Shown here: piece by piece, positions 1-12,000 of the stretch
How positions within the stretch are numbered: position 1 is the first letter of the stretch
Layout: each line of letters starts with the position of its first letter
DNA from: a virus
Direction: 5' to 3' (one strand)
IMG/VR virus record: IMGVR_UViG_3300045988_083295
Coordinates: 1,409-65,408 of that record
DNA: 64,000 nucleotides
Position numbers and translations under genes: made by a program
Notes under the pieces: model-generated
Databases searched by the model: none
Seen by the model: the letters and a program-made list of their open reading frames with translations, nothing else
Told to the model about the DNA's origin: nothing

Positions 1-11
1 TCACCGATGGC

Positions 12-3000
12 GTGCTTCGCACAGTCAAAAATGGTGACGATGTGATGAATCGGGTTAATAGGCAAGTTGCCAGAGCTACACGCCCCAATCAGCAGAAGGT
101 TAATCTTGGCTTCAACAACAAGCATAGTCTGTTGGGTGGTGGTAGTCAGGTTCAGCATGAAGGCAAGAAGTTCGATGCAGCCAAAGGTGACTTCGTTGAC
201 CAATATTCAACGGAGGCCGGTAACGTGTATGACAACACGTATGAAGCCGATGCCGAACAGTACAATATCAACCGCAACAAGAGGGATGCGGATACTCTTG
301 ATATGGTGGCCGACATAGAGAGACAGATTCGCGAGCAGGAGGAATTGCTGGAGAAGACAAGGAAGGCCTCTCGCGATGTCAAAGCACCAGACAATCTGTG
401 GGATGCGCTCCGTTACACCATGTCTCATGCTGATGGTTCCCGTCTTGATCAAGAAGATATTGACGAGGAAGCCATTAAGGCCAATATCACAAACCTCCAG
501 AATAGGCGATCGCTCCTGCTACATGGTACTTCAATAGGTCAGAAGGTAGGCAAGTCCATTGGCGACCAACTTGCAGAGGTCAATAAGATGATCAACGCGA
601 ATCTTGATGATTATTACAAGAATCATCCTGACGGTGGTCCTAAAATTCATGACCTTGAATATAACGAGATTTGGTCCATTCCTTCCAATCCTTATCTGGA
701 TGTGGCTAAGAGGTCTCTTGAGGATGCCCAAGAGATGTTCAATGAGGCTGGAAAGTCTGTAGGCGAGAGTGGATTGACGGGGTTCGGTAAAGGAGTAATA
801 AGAGGCTTCGGCAGTAAGTTGTTCGACGCACGTACATGGGACATGGGCTACACCGACCTGAAGGGAGGGCTGTCTCTTGCAGAGGTCTTAAAAAAGGCCG
901 ATGAAGGCAAACCACTTACGGTTGAACAGCAGAAGATGCTCGATGCCAAGGCTACGGAATTGGCATGTGCGGCCTACTTCAGTGGGGCGTTAGGGCGTGG
1001 ATATAAGGCAGGACAAGTGACGGCTGAATCTATTCCCTTCATGCTTGAATTTATGCTCAATCCGCTGTCGGGCACTGGCAGATCAGCGCAAGCCATGCTG
1101 ACGAGATATGCCCTTAAGCGATTCGGTCGTAAGGCCACCATGGAGCTGGGTGAAGATGCGGCCAAGAAGATTCTCTATGGCGATATCAGGCAGCTCACCA
1201 AATCTGTCTTCGACAAGGGTCTTAGCAAGGGTGCAAGAAGGCTTGCAGCGAAGACTCTTGCAGGCAAGGCGAGTGCTCGCATTGCAGGTGATATAACTGG
1301 TGCCGCTGGCATGACGTTCACCACTGGGCAAGGCCGTGTGGCTGCCGATATGCTCAACCGCGCGACTGGCCAAGTGAAGTTTGGCGTAGACACAGACGGC
1401 AAAGTAAAATATACAGGTCACGATGCTCCTGAAGAGAGTAGCCTTCTTACGGCTTACGGTAAGGCGTTCGGTTCGCAATTCAGTGAGAATTACTCGGAGT
1501 TCATGGGTCCCTATATCTCCTATGTTGGAGGCATGTTCGCCAATGGCCTGAAGAAGATAGGAGGAAAGTACTTGTTCGATGGTCTTTCTTCCTTGCGCAA
1601 TCGCTCTGCGGCAGCGGTTATGAAGCTTCCGTTCGCCCCTATGGTGTCTGACTTCATTCGTGAAGCAACCAAGTCTGATTGGGCGAAGGTTATAAAGGGC
1701 ATGCAGAAGCGTGCCCACTGGGACGGCACAGCAGAGGAATATCTTGAGGAGGTTGCTGGCAATATGCTTAATGCCATCCTCGTAGGGGACAACGATTTTT
1801 CAACCGAGGAGGGACGTGGTGTGTTCAACCTGAGCGATAACATTGATACCTTCCTTGGTGTCGGCCTGATGTCGGGTGCGATGTCGGTTTCCTCTGCGGC
1901 TGGCTATCGCACACCGGCCTATCGTGCTCGCAAGATGGTTGAGAATGCTGATGCTAGGGGTGAGAAACTTATGGGCGGCAGTCTGTGGGGGAAGTTCAGA
2001 TCTTCCTTCGATGCGGCTCAGAGCGAGCAGGACAAGCAGGTGATTCTTACTTCATTGCTTCAGAATAGTAGCCTTACAAACGAAGGGCGTAGGGCTGCGC
2101 TGCAATATGCAATCGGTAAACAATTCCAGCAAGCTGTGGCTGACGGCACCTTCCGCGAGATGGAGGAAGATGCTGAGAAGGGCAATGAAGTTGAGCGTGC
2201 TTGCCGTGCCGAATATGCAGAAGGGCAGAATATTGATTCTGTGGAGGAGATGCGTGATGCCAAGACGAGGTATAACGTGTTGCTCCGTGAAGCTCTTGCC
2301 GTTGAACCTAACGCTGAGATATATTCTGACCCTCAGTTTTACGAGCAGTCCAATCCGAATGCTACGCCTGAACAGAAGGCCGCTATGCGTGCTTATGCTG
2401 AAGCCAAGGCTCAATATGAGGGTGTGGCCGACCGAATGAAGACGGACATGGCCGATCAACAGCAGAAGGCCAACGAGCAGGTCGATAGGTTCAAGAATCA
2501 GACTGACGGATTGATCACTAGGGTCAGATTGAGGGGCAGCGATGCGGAGTTCTACGTGACCAGCGGCCACATATCCCTGAACAATGACGGAACGATAAAT
2601 GATGCAGCCACTAGCAGTAACCTTACTATCGTTGATGGTGAGGGAAATGAGCGATTCATCTCACGTGGTGATGTCGTTGATGTGCTCGCGCAGAACACCC
2701 CGGAGGAGACCCTTGAGCAGCTTAACGATATTATCATGAATGAAGCCAAGGCGAAGGCCGATCTCATTGACGGCAAATTGTCCTTCCGTGCTGGCGATAC
2801 GTTTACCATCCTCAACAACGAAGGTCAGGAACAGAAGGTGACCATTGCGCAAGACCCGTCAACGATGGCCATGTCTGCCGTCATTGAGGGTGAGCAAGCC
2901 GCTGTACCTCTTACGGAGGATTCCATGGCCAAGTTGCAGCAGATGTCTGATGCTTATCAGGAGTCTCGATTCGGCAAGTATAGGCAAGAACAGCTGGATG

Positions 3001-6000
3001 CTGTTGCCAATGCTGAGAACGAGGCCACGCAAGAGGGTACTGCTCCTGCTTCACCTACTGCCGCACAAGAGGAGACCGGTGAGCCTACCGAAGCCCGTTC
3101 ATATGGCTATGGAGAGAGCGTAAGCTACGTGGATGGCGAAGGCCATACGCAGGAGGGTGTTGTCCATGGGAAGACTCCTGAAGGAACGTATGAGGTTGAG
3201 TTCGACAATCCTCCTTCAGGCAAGAATGTCGTGGATGAATATACGCAAGAGGAACTTGATGCACTTGTCCAGCCTATTCCTGCCGGACAAACGGAAGAGG
3301 CAATCCCCGAGCCTACCGCATTGGAGCGTGTACCCATCAACGAGGAGACCGGTGAACCTATGTTCGAGAAGGCTGACAGCGAGACTGCCCTTGATGCCCT
3401 CAATGAAGTTACCGGAGGAAACGAAGACAATACTACCGCCATCGTGAGAGCGCAAGTGGAACAGGCGACCAAGGCGCTTGAAGCGTTGAAGAAGAAGAAA
3501 CCCAGCAAGAAAGCTCCTTCGCTGAAGGGTTCTCCACTGGCGATGGTAAAGGCGCAGCAGGAAGCAGAGGCCAACTACAACACTGCGATGGAAGAGTATA
3601 ACGCCCAAGTAGCCGCTGCAGAAGAGAATTTGAACGCTTGGTCGCGTATCAACTCCCTTATGAATGACAGAAAGCGTGCTATCCGTGAGCAGCAGGAGGC
3701 AGAGCGCAAGGCTCGCGAGGAAGAGCTACATGCCGAAGCCGTTGCACGCCTGGAGGAAGACAAGCGCATTGCCGCTGAGAAGGCAGCCGAGCAGGAAGCA
3801 GTAGGAACCCATGCCGTGAACCCGAAGATAAAGGCCAAGTGGGACGGAGCTACCAAGGTTGAGGGCAATCCTAACGCTATCACCCTTGCAGACGGTTCTA
3901 CAATCCGTGGTCACTACGTCCTCACTGAGGCAGGAGCAGCCACCGCCAGCCATGACGTGAACAACGCTTACGAGCCTACTGAAGGTTTCCCTGTCGACGA
4001 GAATGGTGAGAGCGTGAATGACCGCGACTACAAGCGTGACAGAGATGCGCAGCGCATTGTCAGGGATATGGCAGACAGCTACGACGGCAGAGCGTTGCAG
4101 TCTCCGGTCATTGTCAGCAAGGACGGTGTTGTGCTTTCGGGCAATAACCGCACCATGTCGGGCGAGATTGCAGCAAGGCAAGGTACAGACAAGGCGTATG
4201 TGGCCCACTTGCGCGAGTTTGGGGCCATGTTCGGTTTCACTCCCGAGCAGATTGACGGTATGCAGCATCCGCGCGTAGTCTTCGTTCCTGATGAGGAACT
4301 GCCATACGATGCCAATACGTTTGCACGCTTCAATGCCGAACAGCAGAAGAAGCAGAGCAAGCCGGAGCATGCCGTGAAACTTGGCAAGATTGTTCCTGAC
4401 AATGTGTTCACAAGCATTGTGGGTGACATCAGCCGCTTTGATCGCATGTCGGACTACTATGCCGACGGCAAGGCCGCAGCTTCAGCCATTAGCCAGTTGT
4501 TGGATGCTGGTGTTATCAATGAGATGCAGTTGCCGGAGCTTCGCACTGGCAATGCTTTGTCAGCTGCCGGCAAGGAACTTATCGAGAATACGCTTATAGG
4601 CAAGGTCTTCCAGACTTCGCCAGATGCCGTGCGTCAGATAATCAGCACACCGACATTGCGTCAGTCAGTAGTAATGGGCTTGAACGAGATTGCGAATAAC
4701 CGCACGCTCGCCAAGAGCGGCTACGACCTCAGCAAGGAGTTGGCAGCAGCCGTTGACCTTGTGAGCCGTGCCAAGGCAGAGGCTCCGGAAATCTATAAGG
4801 AAGGCATGCCTGTATCGCCTTACGGCAGACAGCAGGGGCTGTTTGATGACGAATACGGAGATAGCCGTGTGACCGATGGCGTGACGTTGCTCCTTGCGGA
4901 CCTGCTTAACAGCGGAAAACCGAGCGACCTGCGCAAGGTTCTCTCAACATACAATCACGAGGCAGCATCCCCTGCCGCAGGTCTGATGGACATGTTCAGC
5001 GGAGACGTGCCCTCTAAGGAAGACGTATTGAATAACGTATTAAATCATTTCAGGAATGCAACACCAAAAGAACAACAAGCAATCGTTGATGCAGCCATTG
5101 CAGAACGAAAGCGTAGAGCCGAAGCAGCAGAGCCAGGAGGAGGAAGCCAAGGAGGTGAACAAACTGAGAATGCTGTTAGGGGCAGTGAAGAAACATCAGC
5201 CGAGAACCTTGGAGGAAATCAGGCAGATGGTATTCAGGAAAAACTAACGGAAGAAGAGGCCGATGCAATGCTTGACAGAATGAAAAGCATCGCTGACCCT
5301 ATGCCTGAGGTTGAACTAACTCCTGAGAACTGGATGAATACCTTTGGGTTGAGTAATAAGATAGACACGCCTATTGGAGAAGTAAAAATGGGAGAATCAC
5401 AATATGCCAAGCTGATGGAGAAGAAACGCTCCAAGGAATTTGGTATGGTTGTTGGTACCATTACAGATCCTGATGTTGTGTTTATAGAGCCAAGTTCAGC
5501 AAAAGACGGACAGGTTACAGAGCGAGCTTATTCTTACGTATTTGTAAAGACATTCAAAAAGGAAGATGAGAACGTAAGATATTACTCTTCTGTAACGGTG
5601 TCTATTGACGGTATGGAAATATCTGTAAGCAGCCATTATATAAACAGCAATAAGGCCAAAAAAAAATTGCTGGAGTTGAACCGCAGATATACAAAAACTG
5701 CATTAATCTCCAACAGCTCTGATGGGCGCTTAGCTGAACAGCAGGATGCTGTGCCGGACCTCCTTCCTACGCAAGAGAATAATGCAGTTTCTGACCTTCC
5801 TTTTCCTAAGGATGGTGTTTCTGTAGGCGAAGATACAGCAAATTCTACAGAGTTGCAAGGAAATGGTAAGGAAAGTTCGCATAAAGGTTTTGTACCCGAT
5901 GAAAAGGTAATAGAAGAAAACGTGCAAAGGTCTGAAAGAGCGTTAGGATTACCAAGTTCTGTTAAACGTGAAAAGACAGAAGTAAAGGTTTCAGACAATG

Positions 6001-9000
6001 GTAAGGTGATGGTCATTAAGACTGACTATTCTGCAAACGGAAGCAAAGCAAGTGTGATAACCTTGTTAGCTGAAAATGATGGACAATTGGATTGGGCAGC
6101 TCAATCATTTGTTGATGGCAAACCTACTTCGGAATTAAAGTATGATTATACGTTGTCGTATGACGATATGATGGAGATGTTTGACGATAATGATGCTATA
6201 CGTCAAGACATTAATCCATTGAAACAGATAGCCCGAAATGCAGGCATAGACATTGATGCCTTACTCAATGGAAAGGAACATGGAACAAAAGTTTCAATAG
6301 AAGCGAGCAGAGAGAAAACTTCTGAAAACGAAGGTGAAAAAACCCTTTCAGCCCAGATTGAAGATGCTTCAGCCGATGTGAACACCGAACCCACCGAGGC
6401 ACAGAAGGAAGCTGGCAACTACAAGAAGGGGCATGTGCATGTCGGTTCGTTCGACATTACCATTGAACAGCCGCAAGGAAGTGTGCGCAAAGGCACGGAT
6501 GCCAATGGCAAGCAATGGGAAAGCAAGATGCACAACACCTATGGATACTTCCGAGGTACAGAAGGCGTGGATGGAGATCACATTGATGTGTTCCTCTCCA
6601 ATGACATTGACGGTTGGAACAGACAAACAGTGTTTGTTGTTGACCAGTACAACCCTGATGGCAGCTTTGACGAGCACAAGGTTATGCTTGGCTTCAATAA
6701 TGCAGAAGAGGCCAAGAGGGATTATCTTGCCAACTATGAGAAGGGCTGGGAAAATGGCCGTAGGATTGACGTGTCCGCTGTGAACCTTGCAGATTTCGAG
6801 AAGTGGATAGCGAGCAGCCACCGCAAGACCAAGCCATTCAGTGAATATTCATCGGTGAAGAAGGAAGGCTCTTCCTCATCAGAAACCAAGCAGTCAAAGT
6901 CCACTGCTGAGGAGAAGCCTTTCAACGCGGTCATTGAGATGCTCCGCAAGAAATTCCCTGATGCCAGCATGGAAGCACTCACGGCTGCTGACAGGCTTTT
7001 GCGTGAACAGGCATTGCCCGGTGAGCGACAGAAGGCCATTGAGGCTGTAGCGAAGGCTCTTGGCCTCAAGGTCGAATGGCGCGACACGATGGAAAAGGAA
7101 AATGGTACGTTCAATCCGAAGACCCGCACCATCACCATTGCACGCGACTCCGAGCATGCCCTTGCCAACACGTTCGGGCATGAGGTGACGCATGCCGTGC
7201 GCAAACTCTCTGAAGCCGACTACAAGAACCTGAAGGATGCCGTAAGAAGACTGTATCCCTCCGAGAAGGAATACAATGAGGCTGTGCAGGCTTATGGCGA
7301 AGTGTACACCGACTTGGACTTTGATGCTCTGGAAGAGGAACTTATTGCCGACAACATTGGTTTCATGATTGGAGGCAGGAACGACATGACGCAGGAACTT
7401 GCCTCACGCATGAACCATCGCGTTCTGTGGGCTATCCATGACGCAATGAATAAGGTGAGGAATGCCCTTGCGAAGGTTCTGCACATTGACTCCAAGAAGA
7501 ACGGACTCTTGGAGGCTATTGATAGTGCCAGAGCTACTATCCGCGAAACGATGGCGAACGCCCAGCGTATTGCGAAGGAGAAGGGACAAGGACTTTCAAA
7601 CGAATCGGATTCCACAAAGCAGTCTCTTCGCACGCAGGACACCACCATACGCGATGCCCTTGTCGAGCGTATGCGCTTGTCGGGCATGGATGTGATCACT
7701 GATGAGACCGGACAGAGGGTGCTGGATATGGCGAATGGAAGGGATACGCGGTTTGAAGCAGCTCGCCACAAGAGCGAAGCAGCACGTAGACGTGACGAAA
7801 TGCTCCGCGCAATAGACCAAGCTAAAGCTTTTATTTCAGGCAAGACTGAGCAGCAGACTCGAGCAGAACGCCGTGAAAGAGAGCGGAAATTCAGAGAAGA
7901 GACCAAAGTTTTGTATGACAGAGTTTTGGCAGGAAATTTTGATTCCGTAACTTTGCAGCTGTTAGACGATTTCATCAACAAAGTAACTCCTAATAATTAT
8001 TATGGAAGACCTCTTTCTAAACGACTTTCAGAGAGAACACTACGAAAAGTGTATGAAAGAGAACGAACGAGTAGCGTCGATGCACTTTTCAGCAGAATAT
8101 CTGAGAGCGCAGTCCCAGCGGATGAACGAACTCGTCCAGAAGCAAAAAGAAGAATTGAGGAGAAAAAGAAAGAACTCCTCAAAGGCTGGGCAATAGCCAC
8201 TGGTAATTGGCACACAGCTGTATCTGATTTTACAGATGACACCAAGCCAATTGGCAGTGGTAAGGATTCTGTTGTATATCACAGCAAGGACGGCAAAAGC
8301 GTAATCAAGGTTTCCAAGGGAAAGGAAAGTGCAAGAAAATTCCGTCCCGACATGGACAATGTTGCTCTCTTCAACACTGTATTCCCTGCAAGCAAATACG
8401 AAATCATAGGCTATGGCGAAATTGACGGCAAGTTCGTTCGCTTTCTTCGTCAGCCAATTGTGGACTTCACCGACAGCACTCCGTTGTCGGTGGAGGAACG
8501 TGTTGCCTATATGGAACGCCTTGGCTTTAGGCCGATGAACGATGAAAAGACTGCTTTCACAAATGGAGAGATAGTTGCTTCGGATATCCAAGGCAATAAT
8601 ATAGTGAAAGATAGAGATGGGAATATCCGTGTGATTGATGCGGATATGCGTTTCCACACTAAAGAGTTTGGTGGAAAATATTCCTATCCAGCAGTTGAGA
8701 CGGATACTGAAACAGCGCCTAACATTCGTGAGCAGCGCGTCTACCATGGTAATGGTGCTAATGATGTCCGTTTCTTCCGCACTGCAAATGGCAAGGCTTA
8801 CGGCTTTACTGTTGGCGGCAAGATTTACATTGACCCAAGGATTGCGACAAGCGAGACCCCGGTGCATGAGTATGCCCATTTGTGGGCAACAGCCTTGAAG
8901 AGTGCGAATGCCAAGGAATGGCAGAACGTGGTAGGGCTGATGAAGGGCACGAAGGTTTGGGATGAGGTGAAGGCTCTTTATCCCGAATTGAAATCAGATG

Positions 9001-12000
9001 ACGAAATCGCTGATGAGGTGCTTGCCACTTATTCAGGCAGACGTGGTGCTGAACGCTTGCGTGAGGAGCAGCGTAGAATTGCCAAGGGAAATGGCAGTGT
9101 GTTCGAGAAGGCTGAAGCTATCAGTGCTTTGGAACGCGTGAAGCAGGCTCTGAAGAGATTCTGGAAGGGCGTTGCTGATTTCCTGCATATTCACTATACG
9201 AGTGCGGAAGAGGTTGCCGACCGCGTGATGAAGGATTTGCTGGATGGGGTTGATCCGCGTAAGTTTGGTGATGGTGGTAAGTCTCTTGATGCCTACAACA
9301 AAATTCGCAAGCATTTCATCGGTGAGCAGGGTGCGGAGCGTGCCGACCATGCTGAAGAGGTGACAACTCGCATTGACAACCTGAACGTTGCTCGCGAGAT
9401 GGAAGATGCCAAGAAAGATGCCAAGGCTATCAAGATGGCTACCGGTTGGGAACGTGGTGCTGACGGCAAGTGGCGGTATGAGATACCCGACTTGAAGTAT
9501 TTTGGCAAGGGTGATGCTGGTTACAAAAAGGCACGTGGAAAGCAACCTTGGAGCAAGGAACTTGATGGCTTGTCAGACAAGATATTTGATGGTGAAGAAC
9601 TTTCGGAATCAGAATACCGACGTTTTGATGAACTTGCACAAAAGGAAGATGATTTCAAGACAGACTATCTGAATAGAGAAAAACCGCACCTTGCTGATTG
9701 GGTGGAGAATGACGAGTTGTTCAAGGCTTATCCCGACTTGAAGCGTGTGAATGTTGTGTTTACTGACCAACTGCCTACAAATGTGGGTGGCAGTTACAAT
9801 GAGCGTGAGCATACTATTGTTGTCAATACGAATTATGTGGGAGACATAGATTCCGTATTGGCTCATGAGGTTCAGCATGCTATTCAGAAGATTGAGGGTT
9901 TTGCGAGGGGCGGTAATCCAGAATCTATACAAGAACGGTTTAAGGCTGCTAAAAAGGAATGGCGTGCGCGTGCTTGGGCTGATGAATTGCGTTACAAGGC
10001 AGATGAAATGGGCGAACATTACAATCAAGCAGCAGTGGAAAAAGCCTTGATTGATGAGTATAAGGAGATGGGCATGGATGATGATGAATGGATGCCTGAC
10101 AAAGAAACTCGCATGAAGGGCTTTAATTACTTTGCAAGGGGTTATGCAGACAGAAGCATGGATGCTGATATTAAGAATTTCAGGTTGGCTGAATCCACTC
10201 GTGCAGACTTTAATCCTTATATGGAATACACTAAACTTGGTGGTGAAGTAGAAAGCCGTAACGTTGAGAAGCGCATGAAAATGTCCCCAGAGGAGCGAAG
10301 AGCAAGTCTTGCCGCAGAGACAGAGGATGTTTCCAGGGAAGACCAGATATTCTTGTTTGGCGAGGACGGTACTAGCATGAAGACCTCATCTGATTTGAAC
10401 GAAATGTTTGGCAATCGTTGGCTTGACGAGCAGACGAACGATGATGGCCGTCATACCACTCAGGTGAAGAGCACCATCAACTCTTACAAGAAGTTTGGGG
10501 ATTGGGTGAAGCGCGACTCCAATGGCCGTGACGTGGACGTGCTTGATGCGAGCAGTGGATTGGGGCTTGGTACGGCATGGATGAGGGACAATGGGTTCAA
10601 GGTTGATGACGTTGAGCCGTTCCCATCAGACAGTCGTGAAGCACCTACGTTCAGCAGCTATGATGAGATAGACAAGAAGTATGACTATATCATCAGCAAT
10701 GCGGTTCTCAATGTGATCCCTGACGATTGGCGTGCCAATGTGCTTCATCAGATGGCCGACAAACTCAAGGATGGCGGCAAGCTGGTGATTAATGTGCGTG
10801 GAGCGGAGGGTATCCGTAAACAAGGCATTGAGGGCAAGACTCGCACCACACTTGATGATGCTTCCGAGATTCTTGTCCATCGTCCTGACGGCAGCATTAA
10901 ATCCTATCAGAAGGGCTTCACGAAGAGCGAACTGAAGGAATGGTGCGAAAAGGAATTGGGCGAAGGTTATTCGGTTGAAATAGCGAATAACAAGAATGCT
11001 GGCGGTAGCTATGACACTGCGGTTGTGGTGACTAAAAATAACGAAAGCGACATTGAGACTATCAATACGAAATTCAATGAGGAATTGCAGCAGCAGATAG
11101 ACGGCACATTGCCAGAAGGTCACATCTATAAGATGGGCAAGCCTGGGCGCATATTGCTCTCTACTGGCGTACCAAATCTTCCCATACAGATGAATGCGAA
11201 AAGACTCCAAGTCAAGGCTACATTATTTGACCATGATTTTGACCTATCGGAAGTGAAAGATTTAGTGAGAGTCTTGCAGCACCCATTGGCAGTTTTTGCC
11301 TATGGTGACAAGTCGAAGGCGCAGAACATCATTGTTCCGCTGCAAAAAGATGGTAAGAACTTTATCGTTGGACTTTCACTCAATCCCACTGTTGGCGGTC
11401 GCAAGTTGGAAATAAACAGCATAAGAAACGTCTTTCCGAAAGACAATTCAGAATGGCTCAATTGGATAAATCAAGACAAGGCCTTGTATATAGACAAAGA
11501 AAAAATCCAAACCCTCATAGACCAACAGCGAACCAATCTCGCTGACGTGGCCTACTTGGATTTGGACTCTGTTGCAAATGTAATGGAAAATTTTGAAAAT
11601 CCAAAGGTTTCTGACGAAAATGTTGCAGATGGCGGCATTATGTTCCGCAATGGTGGGGCTGCGGATGCTGAAAAGCAGTCTCGCAGAGGAACGCCCAATC
11701 TCTACCCAGACCATATTGCACAAGCTATCTATGAGCAGTCTGTGAGCGGTTTCAAGTTTGACTTGGATGAAGCATGGCATGACTCCTTGCTCAGTGTGAA
11801 ACGTCTTCAGGAGGCCATATCCGAGACTCGCGGTGTGCCTATCAGGGACTTCGAGAACGTCTATTGGCATGCCGTTACCCTCAGCAGTGTGAATGCGGCT
11901 GAGATGGAGCAGTTGATGAATCTTCGTATCCAGCCGTTCATTGAGGCGGTTCAGGATATATGCAAGAAGCATGACCTGACTCAGGAAGACATTGAGGTGT